DNA of 64,000 nucleotides. It comes from Gemmatimonas sp. Lineage in GTDB: Bacteria; Gemmatimonadota; Gemmatimonadetes; Gemmatimonadales; Gemmatimonadaceae. Below the pieces are notes generated by a model. The model made no database searches. It worked only from the letters and a program-made list of their open reading frames with translations, and was not told the DNA's origin. The DNA lies in NCBI GenBank assembly GCA_965279375.1, contig OZ257156.1:4064001-4128000 (forward strand), in the 5' to 3' direction. Within the stretch, counting starts at the first letter, position 1; each line of letters starts with the position of its first letter. A program made the position numbers and the translations under genes. Below, in pieces: positions 36,702 to 46,253 of the stretch.

Positions 36702-38126
36702 TCAGCCGCCGGCGACGGCCGGGTGCTTCCCCTCGGGCACACCGATCTCCGTCATGCGACGCAGGTCGAGCACGCCGTCGATCTCGTCGGCGGGCAGCAG
36801 CTGCTCGCGCGTAACGAGCTCGCGTATGAGCACCCCTTCCTGCACGGAGCGTTTGGATAGTGCGGCAGCAGCGGCGTAGCCGATCTGCGGCATGAGGGCC
36901 GTGGCCAGCGCCGCGGACCGTTCCACCCAGTACGCGCACACCTCCCGATTGGCGGCGATGCCCGAGACGCAACGGGTGGCGAGCACGGCGATCGCATTGG
37001 TCAGGATCTGCATCGCGAACAGCACGTTGTGCGCGATGACGGGCATCATCACGTTGAGCTCGAGCTGGCCATGCTCCGCCGCCACGCCGACGGTGGCGTC
37101 ACAGCCGATCACCTGAAAGCAGACCTGATTGACCATCTCCGGGATGGACGGATTGATCTTCCCCGGCATGATCGAGGAGCCCGGCTGCACCGCCGGCAGC
37201 GTGATCTCATCGAGGCCGGTACGCGGCCCGGACACCATCAGGCGCAGATCGCTCGCGATCTTGGACAGGTCGATCGCCAATCCGCGGAGCGCGGACGAGA
37301 ACGCGGCCGCGTCGCCCATGCTCTGCATGAGCTGAATGCGGTTCGTACCAACACGCAGCGTCGTGATGCCTGAGATCTCGCGCAGCTGCGCGACCATCAG
37401 CGCCGGGTACGCCGCTTCCACGGTGACGCCGGTGCCCACCGCCGAGCCGCCGATGCCCAAGTCGTTGAGATACTCCGCAGCATCGAGCAGACGGCGCCGA
37501 CATCTCTCGATCGTGCCGGCGTACGCCACGAACTCCTGGCCGAGCCGAATCGGCATCGCGTCCTGCAGATGCGTCCGCCCCGCCTTCACGATGTCATCGA
37601 ACTCCGCGCCCTTCGAAGCGAGCGCATCGCGCAGCTGATCCACCGACGCGAGCAGCGATGGCAACTGCCGCAGCACTGCCAACCGGATGTTGGTGGGGAT
37701 GGTGTCGTTGGTGCTCTGCGCCATGTTCACATGATCGTTCGGATGCACGGGCGCGTAGCTGCCGCGCGGCGCGCCGAGGAGTTCGTTGGCGCGATTGGCC
37801 AGCACCTCGTTGACGTTCATGTTGTGCGACGTGCCCGCCCCGGCCTGATACGGGTCCACGACGAACTGATCGAGATGCTGGCCGTCGAGCACCTCGTCGG
37901 CGGCAGCGACGATGGCGTCGGCGCGTCGCGCGTCGAGGCGGCCGGTCGTCTTGTGCGTGAGCGCTGCGGCCTTCTTGATCCACACCTGCGCGATCACGAA
38001 CGGTTCAAGTGGACGCAATCCGCTGATCGGGAAGTTCTGGACGGCGCGCATGGTCTGCACGCCGTACAACGCGTCGGCGGGGACAGCGAGTTCGCCCAGC
38101 GGATCACGCTCGATGCGTGTCGTCAT
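36702..38126 (-). CDS. aspA: Aspartate ammonia-lyase / class II fumarase family
   Basis: RIERDPLG, YGVQTMRA, QAGAGTSHNMNVNE, GRTHLQDA, GSSIMPGKINP; GAGTS favours aspartase. Confidence 0.75.
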   Translation of the reverse strand: MTTRIERDPLGELAVPADALYGVQTMRAVQNFPISGLRPLEPFVIAQVWIKKAAALTHKTTGRLDARRADAIVAAADEVLDGQHLDQFVVDPYQAGAGTSHNMNVNEVLANRANELLGAPRGSYAPVHPNDHVNMAQSTNDTIPTNIRLAVLRQLPSLLASVDQLRDALASKGAEFDDIVKAGRTHLQDAMPIRLGQEFVAYAGTIERCRRRLLDAAEYLNDLGIGGSAVGTGVTVEAAYPALMVAQLREISGITTLRVGTNRIQLMQSMGDAAAFSSALRGLAIDLSKIASDLRLMVSGPRTGLDEITLPAVQPGSSIMPGKINPSIPEMVNQVCFQVIGCDATVGVAAEHGQLELNVMMPVIAHNVLFAMQILTNAIAVLATRCVSGIAANREVCAYWVERSAALATALMPQIGYAAAAALSKRSVQEGVLIRELVTREQLLPADEIDGVLDLRRMTEIGVPEGKHPAVAGG

Positions 38127-38175
38127 GATGACTGGCCCGGCTGGCGCGCGCGAGCGCGCGTGAACCTGTAGTGCC

Positions 38176-38988
38176 TTACGGGAACTTGACGATCGTATCC
38201 AGCGATGACGCGATGTGGAGCACGGTGCGCGCGTCGATCTGTTGCTCGCGCGTGCGCCAACGTGTGATCTGCAACGAGCGCGACGCCGCCGGAGCAGCAA
38301 GGAACGTCGTCAGTGCGCTGGATGGGATGTCGTAGCTGCCATCATCGCGCACCGTGCAGAAGATCTGCTCGTTGGCGAGCGTGGCCGATGCCGTTGTGGA
38401 ATAGCGCAACGAGAGCAGCACAGCCGTCGTGGTGTCACTCGACGCGTTCCAGCGCACCGCCAGCGGCGTCCCGAACGCCGGAATGGTCACCGCGCTCGGC
38501 AGTACCGGTTCGGCCAGCGGCACGTTGATTGTGGCAGCCGGAAAGACACCCGTGGCCCCGGGAATTTGAATGACCGCGACCTCACCCGCGTTGTACGTAA
38601 TCGGAGTCGTGGTGGCGTTGGCGTAGCGCAGCAGTGCGTCGCTGAACGCCAGCGACGTCGCCGTGATGCCCACGTTCAACGTGAGCTGGTCGCCTGCTTT
38701 GCTGACGCCCTTGGTGACGGTGCTCGTCGTGTCGTACGCGGCAAAGGCGCATGCATCGGTGCGCTGCAGCGCGCTGTTGGGCACCGCGACGGTGAACGCC
38801 TCGAAGAAGATGCCGGTGGCGTTGGCGGACGCGCGCGTCGCCGAGGTGCTGCGAGCCGTGATGTTGACGGCACCGTAGCGATTCGAGGTCTGGTTGGACT
38901 CGGTGATCTTGGTGCACGCCGCGAGCGTGCTCGTCAGGAGCGCCAGCGCGGCTGCCTGCCGACGGACGCGTGAGAGCTGGACCATCAT
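38176..38988 (-). CDS. Hypothetical lipoprotein (beta-rich, Thr/Ala-rich)
   Basis: Lipobox TLAAC; ATGA overlap with the upstream MBL gene. Confidence 0.8.
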   Translation of the reverse strand: MMVQLSRVRRQAAALALLTSTLAACTKITESNQTSNRYGAVNITARSTSATRASANATGIFFEAFTVAVPNSALQRTDACAFAAYDTTSTVTKGVSKAGDQLTLNVGITATSLAFSDALLRYANATTTPITYNAGEVAVIQIPGATGVFPAATINVPLAEPVLPSAVTIPAFGTPLAVRWNASSDTTTAVLLSLRYSTTASATLANEQIFCTVRDDGSYDIPSSALTTFLAAPAASRSLQITRWRTREQQIDARTVLHIASSLDTIVKFP

Positions 38989-39623
38989 GACCTGCCGATG
39001 AATGGGGGAGCCAGAAACGGATTCGTGGCGATCTCCTGCCCGATCTCGGTATAACCCCCGTGCCCCGGCAATACCCGAGTCTCCGGTGGCAACGTGGTCA
39101 TGCGAATCAGCGACCGCTTCATCGCCGCAGCATCGCAGAACGGCAAGTCGGTTCGGCCGATCGACCCTTCAAACAGGAGATCGCCCGAAACGCAGAGGCC
39201 CTCGCCAACGAACGCGACGTGTCCCGGCGCGTGCCCCGGAAGGTGCCACACGGTGAACGACATCGCACCGCAGCGCATGACGTCGCCCTCGGCCAGTGCG
39301 TGGTCGTGAGGCGGCGGCGTCTCGACGGAGAGGCCGAACCGCTGCGCCGCCATTGCCGCGTTCTGGTACAACGGCACATCTGCGTCATGCAGATACACCG
39401 GCACATCGTGCAGCCGTTTGATGGCCGCCACGGCACCCACATGATCGAAGTGCGCGTGCGTCAACCAGATCGCGCGTAACGCGCAGCCCGTCTCGGCCAC
39501 GGCGGCGAGCAGTCGCGGCGCCTCGTCCCCCGGATCGACCAGCACGGCCTCGCCGGCCGCTTCATCAGCGAGCAGCCAGCAGTTCTCTCCGAGCGGACCG
39601 ACCGTGAGCTGCTCGACGATCAC
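38985..39623 (-). CDS. MBL-fold metallo-hydrolase (glyoxalase II/YcbL-like)
   Basis: THAHFDH, PGHAPG, SGDLLFEGSIGRTDLP, PGHG. Confidence 0.92.
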   Translation of the reverse strand: MIVEQLTVGPLGENCWLLADEAAGEAVLVDPGDEAPRLLAAVAETGCALRAIWLTHAHFDHVGAVAAIKRLHDVPVYLHDADVPLYQNAAMAAQRFGLSVETPPPHDHALAEGDVMRCGAMSFTVWHLPGHAPGHVAFVGEGLCVSGDLLFEGSIGRTDLPFCDAAAMKRSLIRMTTLPPETRVLPGHGGYTEIGQEIATNPFLAPPFIGRS

Positions 39624-40651
39624 CGGTCGATCTCGTCAGGCGTCGTGGGGACCGGCCCTTCAGCCGTTTCGAGCACCGGCGATTCACCGATCCCGTGATG
39701 CGCGAGCCATCGTTCGGCTTCAAGCGCAGCCATGCATCCGGTGCCCGCCGAGGTGATCGCCTGACGGTAGTAGTCATCGATCACGTCGCCAGCGGCATAC
39801 ACGCCCGGCACCGACGTCTGCGTGCGCCACGGCGTGACCTTGATGTAACCGTGGTCGGTGAGGTCGAGCTGCCCCTCGAGGAACGAGGTGTTGGGCTTGT
39901 GCCCGATCGCGACGAACAAGCCGCCCACCTCGATCGTGCTGCGCTTGCCGTTGTGCGTGTCGGCGAGCGTCAGACCGGTGATGAAGTCATCGCCCTGCAC
40001 ATCCACCACCTGCGTGTTCCAGAGCACGCGAATCTTCGGATGCGCGAGCACACGATTGGCCATCACCTTGGACGCGCGAAAGCTGTCGCGCCGGTGAATG
40101 ATCACCACCTCGGAGGCGAACTTGGTGAGGTACGTGGCTTCCTCCATCGCCGTGTCGCCACCGCCGATGACGGCGAGGACTTTGTTGCGATAGAACGGCA
40201 TCGCGCCGTCGCACACGGCGCACGCCGACACACCGCCGCCGCTCTTGGCGAGCCGCAGTTCGTTGTCGAGGCCAAGCCACGTGGCCGCAGCACCCGTCGC
40301 GACGACGACCGTGTGCGCGGTGATCGGCTCGCTGTAGTTGGGCGTGATGATAAACGGCTTGTTGGCGAGGTCCACGCGCTTGACCAGCTCGGAAACGACG
40401 CGCGTGCCATGATGCACCGCCTGCGCCCGCATCCGATCCATCAGATCAGGTCCGCTGATCGCCTCGGGGAAGCCCGGGAAATTCTCGATGTCGGTGGTCA
40501 GCATGAGCTGACCGCCGGGCAACTCGGTTCCGACCGGCTCTCCCTCGAACACGATCGGCTTGAGGTTCGCGCGCGACGCGTAGATGGCCGCCGTCCATGC
40601 TGCGGGACCAGAGCCGATGATGACGATGCTTTCGGTGTGCGAAGCGGACAT
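39620..40651 (-). CDS. trxB: Thioredoxin reductase
   Basis: IIGSGPAA, GGQLMLTTDIENFPGFP, SACAVCDG, GGGDTAMEEA, HRRDSFRAS, YRQAITSAG. Confidence 0.96.
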   Translation of the reverse strand: MSASHTESIVIIGSGPAAWTAAIYASRANLKPIVFEGEPVGTELPGGQLMLTTDIENFPGFPEAISGPDLMDRMRAQAVHHGTRVVSELVKRVDLANKPFIITPNYSEPITAHTVVVATGAAATWLGLDNELRLAKSGGGVSACAVCDGAMPFYRNKVLAVIGGGDTAMEEATYLTKFASEVVIIHRRDSFRASKVMANRVLAHPKIRVLWNTQVVDVQGDDFITGLTLADTHNGKRSTIEVGGLFVAIGHKPNTSFLEGQLDLTDHGYIKVTPWRTQTSVPGVYAAGDVIDDYYRQAITSAGTGCMAALEAERWLAHHGIGESPVLETAEGPVPTTPDEIDR

Positions 40652-40714
40652 GAGTCGGGAAGCGGTGTGAAGCGAAGACGTAAGTGATGCCGGGACGAAG
40701 TGGCGATGCGACGG

Positions 40715-41455
40715 CTACGATACTGCGAGGACGCCGAGCGCGCCGTGACAGTGGGACACGGTCCCGACGAGCGCACGCACAGGGCCAGCAGCGCCCCAGC
40801 GCGCCACCGAGTCATCGGCGCGCGCAATGGCTGCGGCATCGATCATGCCGACACCGAACGTGCGATGGCTGCAGTGGAAGATAACGGGCCCGTCGAGAGA
40901 CGGTGCGCGCTCGCCCACGTAGCGCGTCAGCGCCACCGGCATGCTCCAGTCGCGTTCGCCGCGGGTCGCCGGACAACGTGCTGGCTCGATGCAGTTCACC
41001 GGACAGGTCCAGGTCGCGAAGCTGACATAGTGTCGCCCGTCCGGCGCGGCGCGCTCCCACGGCATATCCGGCGCAGTGGTCAGCGGTTCCACGCGAACCA
41101 GTCGCTCCGGCCAGCGAGCCTGTGCGCGTTCGATGAGCCAATCGAGACAGAGATGCGGCATGAGCGGCGACGGTACCAGCGCGTCCCGCTCGAGCGCATC
41201 CGCCCCCTCAGCCAGCCAGTCGGCGAGATACGCTTGCCACGTGCTCTGCACCACGCGCAGCGGGAGCCCGTCGTACGCACCCTCCGGTGCACGATGCGCC
41301 ACGAGACACGAGGGGTTCCGGTCCACCACCACCACCTCGTCAGCGCGCAGGGCCCCGCGCGCCATCGCACGCGTGAGCTGCTGCGTGTACCACGACCCGT
41401 AGCAGCCGCCGCCAATCACGACGATTCGCCCAAACTCGAGCGGCGCGGTCAGCAT
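40715..41455 (-). CDS. Uncharacterised Rossmann-start, Cys/His-rich protein
   Basis: IVVIGGGCYG; TCPVNCIEPARCP; FHCSH; SHCHG. Confidence 0.8.
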   Translation of the reverse strand: MLTAPLEFGRIVVIGGGCYGSWYTQQLTRAMARGALRADEVVVVDRNPSCLVAHRAPEGAYDGLPLRVVQSTWQAYLADWLAEGADALERDALVPSPLMPHLCLDWLIERAQARWPERLVRVEPLTTAPDMPWERAAPDGRHYVSFATWTCPVNCIEPARCPATRGERDWSMPVALTRYVGERAPSLDGPVIFHCSHRTFGVGMIDAAAIARADDSVARWGAAGPVRALVGTVSHCHGALGVLAVS

Positions 41456-41467
41456 CGTCCTGACTGG

Positions 41468-42211
41468 CTAACGCCAGAGATGGCGGCCGCCATCGACCTG
41501 CAGCACGATGCCGGTCACGTAGGGCGCGTTGACGAGAAAGTGGATGGCGTGCGTGATGTCATCCGGCGTTCCGCTGCGTCCCATCGGCACATCGCGAAGG
41601 AAGCGCGCCATTGCCTCGTCGCTCAGATCATCGGGCGCGAGCACGAGTCCCGGCGCTACGGCGTTCACGCGCAATCGCGGCGCGACAGCTGCCGCGACGG
41701 TATGCACCAACTGCGTGAGCGCGGACTTGGAGACCTGATGCGGAATGAGCGCGGGCCAGATCGCTTCGAACGCGAGATGATCGGACAGTTGCACGATCAC
41801 GCCGCCATCGCGCATGACCGCGGCTGCGGCCTGCATCAGGAAGAACGGAGCGCGCAGATTCACGTCGATGGCCGCGCTCCACGTTGCATCCGTCACCGAT
41901 CCGAAGGCCTGTGGCGACATGACTGACGCGGAGCTCACGACGACATCCAGCGCGCCAAACACGCGCACCGCCTCATTCACCACGAACGACGCGGCTTCCG
42001 TCTGCGTGAGATCGGCCTGCACGACATGCACTAGCGCCCCCAGCGCACGCAACTCCTCCGCGAGCGACTCGGCATCGCGCGGCGAGTTGCCGTGATGCAC
42101 GACAACAGCATCGTTGGGAGAGGCAAAGCTGCGACTGATCGCCGCGCCCAGCCGACGAGCACCACCTGTGACGAGCGTTACCCGACGCTCCGCTGCTGCC
42201 ACGGCGCTCAC
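41468..42211 (-). CDS. Short-chain dehydrogenase (pteridine reductase-like)
   Basis: VTGGARRLG, VNLRAPFFL, RVNAVAPG, YVTG...VDGGR; catalytic motif is HxxxK. Confidence 0.88.
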   Translation of the reverse strand: MSAVAAAERRVTLVTGGARRLGAAISRSFASPNDAVVVHHGNSPRDAESLAEELRALGALVHVVQADLTQTEAASFVVNEAVRVFGALDVVVSSASVMSPQAFGSVTDATWSAAIDVNLRAPFFLMQAAAAVMRDGGVIVQLSDHLAFEAIWPALIPHQVSKSALTQLVHTVAAAVAPRLRVNAVAPGLVLAPDDLSDEAMARFLRDVPMGRSGTPDDITHAIHFLVNAPYVTGIVLQVDGGRHLWR

Positions 42212-42229
42212 GCTATGCGCCCGCGACGC

Positions 42230-43111
42230 TCACGACGCCGCAGCGGCGCGCGCGGCCACTTTCGCGTCCTGCCAGTCGAGCCAGGTCTTGGGCACCATCT
42301 GTCCGCCCAAACGACGTGGGCCTTCCTGCGTGCCGTGCCAGTCGGATCCACCGCTCGGCAGCAGGCCCGCCTTTTCGACGGTGTCCACTAAACGCTGCAC
42401 CAGATATGGCGGATGGCTAGGGTGCAGCACTTCGACGCCATCGAGCCCGACCTCCGAGAGGCGCGCGACGCGCGCCGGCGTCGCGAGCTCCCCCGGATGC
42501 GCCCACACAGCCAATCCACCCGCTCGGTGCACCATCGCGATACCATCGGCGACGTCGAACTTGGCCTTCGCCATGTACGCCGGCTTCCCCCACCCTAACC
42601 ATCGGTCGAAGGCGTCGCGAAAATCGCGCACCCAGCCACCGGCCACCATCGCGCGCGCGACATGCGGACGCCCGACGGCGCCATCCGCGGCCTCCGCCAA
42701 CACGGCCTCCATCGTCACCGGCACGCCGTATTTGTTGAGCACGGCCACGATCTTCTCGGCGCGCTCCACGCGGCCGTTCTGCAATGTCGCCAGCGCCTCG
42801 CGCATGGAGGCGTGGCCAGTTATGTGCAGACCCAGCAAATGCAGCTCTTCGTCGTCGAAATGCGTGCTCAGCTCCACGCCCGGCACGATGCGCACGCCGA
42901 GACGCGCGCCTGCGTCGAACGCTTCGTCGAGGCCGTCCACGGTATCGTGATCGGTGAGGGCGATGGCATGCAGCTTGGCGGCGTGTGCCGCTTCCACCAC
43001 GAGCGTCGGACTCAACGCGCCGTCGGATGCGGTGCTGTGCACTTGCAGATCGACAAACAATGGCGCAGGCGCCTCGTCAGCCGCGGCAGCCACCTGCGTC
43101 GGTTCACTCAC
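42230..43111 (-). CDS. PHP-domain phosphoesterase (TrpH/YciV-like)
   Basis: DLQVHSTASDG, LTDHDT, GVELS, LHLLG, GRPH, WAHP, GGSDWHG. Confidence 0.9.
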   Translation of the reverse strand: MSEPTQVAAAADEAPAPLFVDLQVHSTASDGALSPTLVVEAAHAAKLHAIALTDHDTVDGLDEAFDAGARLGVRIVPGVELSTHFDDEELHLLGLHITGHASMREALATLQNGRVERAEKIVAVLNKYGVPVTMEAVLAEAADGAVGRPHVARAMVAGGWVRDFRDAFDRWLGWGKPAYMAKAKFDVADGIAMVHRAGGLAVWAHPGELATPARVARLSEVGLDGVEVLHPSHPPYLVQRLVDTVEKAGLLPSGGSDWHGTQEGPRRLGGQMVPKTWLDWQDAKVAARAAAAS

Positions 43112-43374
43112 GCGCGGTATCCCGCCTCGGGAGATCGCGCGCTGGGCTGCGACATGCTGAACAGCTCGCGCAGCTCCGCGTCTTCCAGCTCGGCCAGCGA
43201 TTGCTCACGCGAGCGCACGCCGGACGGCGAGTAGCGCGTGACGCGCACTTCCCGTTCGTCCGCGTGACCCGCCACAAAGATCAATCCGAATTCGTCACCG
43301 ACCGACTGCGTGAGAAATCCGGAGGGATACACCTGCCAGTCACGTCCTTCAATGCTCACCGTGCGTGCGGGCAT
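43108..43374 (-). CDS. Small hypothetical protein
   Basis: 88 aa; abuts upstream gene, GTGA overlap with the PHP gene. Confidence 0.8.
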   Translation of the reverse strand: MPARTVSIEGRDWQVYPSGFLTQSVGDEFGLIFVAGHADEREVRVTRYSPSGVRSREQSLAELEDAELRELFSMSQPSARSPEAGYRA

Positions 43375-43620
43375 TCAGCCTCCTTGTACTTCGCGCCAGC
43401 GCTCGGCCGGCACATCGGAACCGTGCGCGGCGGCGATGCTCTCATCGCTCGCCGCTTCGGTGAATTCGACGAAGCGTCCCGCTTCGTTCGCGTGCTCGAA
43501 GACCCAGAAATGCGCGTGCACCGCTGCCGCCGCTTCACGCCGCGCCACGAGCGCCGCGAGGTATGCCTCGCGCTCCGTGGACTCGACGCGCCGCTCGGCC
43601 ATTGCGAGCACGCGCGGCAT
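43375..43620 (-). CDS. Small hypothetical protein (possible ABM/dimeric alpha-beta barrel-like fold)
   Basis: 81 aa; TGATG overlap with E2; FWVFEHANEAGRFVEF. Confidence 0.8.
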   Translation of the reverse strand: MPRVLAMAERRVESTEREAYLAALVARREAAAAVHAHFWVFEHANEAGRFVEFTEAASDESIAAAHGSDVPAERWREVQGG

Positions 43621-44936
43621 CAGAATCCGCCGTCGGGAATCGACTCGAGCGTCTTCTTGAGATCGGCCATGAAGCGATCGGCGTCCGCGCCGTCCACGAC
43701 ACGGTGATCGAACGACAGCGAGAAGTAGGCGCAGGTGCGGATCGCGATGGTGTCTTCGCCATCGGGGCCGGTGATCACCTTGGCGCGCTTCTCGATGGCG
43801 CCGAGGCCGAGGATGGCCGTGGTGCCAACGGGGATGATCGGCGTGCCAAACAGCGAGCCGAACACACCGGGATTGGTGATGGTGAACGTTGCATCCTGCA
43901 CGTCCGTCGGGCTCAGCTTCTTGCTGCGTGCACGGGCCGCGAGATCGTTGACCGTCTTGGTGATGCCAGCGAGCGAGAGATCATCTGCACGCTTCACGAC
44001 CGGCACGATCAGTCCCGTGGGCTCGAGGGCGACAGCGATGCCCAAGTTGATCGCCTTGCGGTAGATGATGTCCGTACCCGCCACCGAGGCGTTGAGCACC
44101 GGATGACGCTTGAGCTGCTGCGTCACGCCCTGCAGGATGAACGGCAGGTACGTGAGCTTCTGCCCCGTCTGGGCTTCAAAATCCTTGCGCATCGATGCGC
44201 GAATGCGCGCAATGCGTGTGAGGTCGATCTCGAAGAACGACGTGACGTGCGCGGCCGTCTGCACGGCCAGCGTCATGTGATCCGACGTGAGGCGACGGAT
44301 CTTGGACATCGGTTCGACCGTGTCGCCGGCCCAGGGTGTCGGCATCGGACCATGGGCAGCCACACCAGCCGGTGCATGCATCGACGGTGCGACGCGCGCA
44401 GGCGCGGCCGGCGCACTCGATTGCTTCTCGAGGAACGCTTCCAGATCCTTGCGCGTGACCCGCCCCGCGATCCCCGACCCTTCGAGAGCCGCGATCTCGA
44501 CGCCATGCTCGGCGGCCAGTTTGCGTACCAGCGGCGACGACTTCGTGCGCACGCGCTCTTCAAAGGAACCCGGCGATGCCGCAGGAGCAGCGGGCGCTGC
44601 GGAGGCCGCGATGGGCGCGCTCGCTGCGGGCACCGTGACCGTCGCAGCAGCCGGAGCCGGCGTTGGAGCCACAGGGGCCGCAGCAGCCGCCGCCGCGTCT
44701 GTTTCGAGGCGTGCCACGATGGTCTGCACCGCCACGGTCGCACCTTCACCCACGAGAATCTCGACGAGAATACCCGCCGACGGCGACGGGATTTCTGCGT
44801 CCACCTTGTCGGTCGAGATTTCGAAGATCGGTTCGTCGCGCTTGACCGCGTCGCCGACCTTCTTGAGCCAGCGGGATACCGTTCCTTCCGCGATGGACTC
44901 GCCCATCTGCGGCATGATCACGTCTACACGAGCCAC
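43620..44936 (-). CDS. 2-oxoacid dehydrogenase E2 dihydrolipoamide acyltransferase
   Basis: Lipoyl domain MPQMGESIAEG...STDKVD; PSBD SPLVRKLA...GSGIAGRVT; FDHRVVDG. Confidence 0.95.
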   Translation of the reverse strand: MARVDVIMPQMGESIAEGTVSRWLKKVGDAVKRDEPIFEISTDKVDAEIPSPSAGILVEILVGEGATVAVQTIVARLETDAAAAAAAPVAPTPAPAAATVTVPAASAPIAASAAPAAPAASPGSFEERVRTKSSPLVRKLAAEHGVEIAALEGSGIAGRVTRKDLEAFLEKQSSAPAAPARVAPSMHAPAGVAAHGPMPTPWAGDTVEPMSKIRRLTSDHMTLAVQTAAHVTSFFEIDLTRIARIRASMRKDFEAQTGQKLTYLPFILQGVTQQLKRHPVLNASVAGTDIIYRKAINLGIAVALEPTGLIVPVVKRADDLSLAGITKTVNDLAARARSKKLSPTDVQDATFTITNPGVFGSLFGTPIIPVGTTAILGLGAIEKRAKVITGPDGEDTIAIRTCAYFSLSFDHRVVDGADADRFMADLKKTLESIPDGGF

Positions 44937-44940
44937 TCGC

Positions 44941-45246
44941 TCATCCTCGATTCGAAGGGCTGCCGGCGGCGCGATCCGCAGTACGGTCCGCGCGGCGCAG
45001 TCGCCAAAGTGCCAGGGTTGGAAGGGTCAGGGCGCCGATGAGCGCACCCCAGCCGGCGAACACTTGCCAGTCGCACGCCGGCAACCCGGCGAGTGGCTCG
45101 CATCGCGAAAAGAATCCTACTGCCTTGCCGAGAAAGACGCCCGACATGGACCCACTGGCGCCACCGATGAAGAAGGTGAAGCACCCAACGCCGATGTTGC
45201 GCCCCGTCCGATCGTCCGGAAGCGGAGTGTTCTGCGGTTCAGCCAT
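44941..45246 (-). CDS. Small two-TM hypothetical membrane protein
   Basis: Two hydrophobic Gly-rich segments flanking a CEPLAGLPAC loop; short gaps to neighbours. Confidence 0.75.
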   Translation of the reverse strand: MAEPQNTPLPDDRTGRNIGVGCFTFFIGGASGSMSGVFLGKAVGFFSRCEPLAGLPACDWQVFAGWGALIGALTLPTLALWRLRRADRTADRAAGSPSNRG

Positions 45247-45260
45247 GGTTCAGAACGCCT

Positions 45261-46253
45261 TCAATACGCCGCGAGACGTCGGACGGCTCGTACCACGTCA
45301 GCCGTTTGCGGCAATACGTAGTCCTCGAGCGCAGGCGCATACGGCAAAGGAATATCAGCAGCCGTCACGCGCAGTACGGGCGCGTCCAGCCATTCAAAGC
45401 AGGTTTCCGACACGCGCGCCGTGATCTCACCGGCGATGCCACCGGTGCGCGTGTCTTCGTGCAGGACCAGCAGGCGATTCGTCTTCCGCACCGTGCGGTA
45501 GATCGCCTCTTCGTCCATTGGTGCGATCGTGCGCAGGTCCAGCACTTCGCACGAAATGCCGTGCTCGCTCGCGAGAATCTCCGCCGCTTCGAGAGCCTTC
45601 CACGTCGCGGCCGCATACGTCACGATCGACACATCGGTGCCCTCACGTGCGATGCGCGCCTGCCCGATGGGCACGACGTGATCGCCCGCCGGCATGACGT
45701 CCTTCACGCGCCGATACAGATACTTGTGCTCGAAGAACAGCACGCAGTCGTCGTCGCGAATAGCGGCCTTCATCAGGCCCTTGGCATCCGCCGCGGTGGA
45801 CGGATACACGATCTTGAGCCCGGGCGTATGCAGGAAGCCCGCTTCCGGATTCTGCGAGTGGAACGGACCGCCGCGCACATAGCCGCCACTCGGCCCGCGC
45901 ACCACCATCGGGCACGGCAAGAATGCGCGATAACGCGCCGTTGCCACGTAGTTGGTGAGCATGTCGTAGGCGTTCGCGATGAAGTCGATGAACTGCATCT
46001 CCACCACGGGACGCATTCCCATATGGGCCGCGCCAGCCGCCGCACCCACAATCGCGATTTCCGAGATGGGCGAATCGATCACGCGCTGCTCGCCGAACTT
46101 GGCCAGCAATCCTTCGGTGACCTTGAACGCACCACCGAACGCGCCGATGTCTTCGCCAAGACAGAACACATTCGGGTCGCGCGCCATCTCTTCGAACAAC
46201 GCTTCGCGGATCGCTTCGAGATACGTGATCTCGGTGCCTGTCGTGGCAGCCAT
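45261..46253 (-). CDS. 2-oxoacid dehydrogenase E1 beta subunit
   Basis: LGEDIGAFGGAFKVT, DSPISE, EMQFIDF, GGPFHSQ, FFEHKYLY, DLRTIAP. Confidence 0.95.
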   Translation of the reverse strand: MAATTGTEITYLEAIREALFEEMARDPNVFCLGEDIGAFGGAFKVTEGLLAKFGEQRVIDSPISEIAIVGAAAGAAHMGMRPVVEMQFIDFIANAYDMLTNYVATARYRAFLPCPMVVRGPSGGYVRGGPFHSQNPEAGFLHTPGLKIVYPSTAADAKGLMKAAIRDDDCVLFFEHKYLYRRVKDVMPAGDHVVPIGQARIAREGTDVSIVTYAAATWKALEAAEILASEHGISCEVLDLRTIAPMDEEAIYRTVRKTNRLLVLHEDTRTGGIAGEITARVSETCFEWLDAPVLRVTAADIPLPYAPALEDYVLPQTADVVRAVRRLAAY

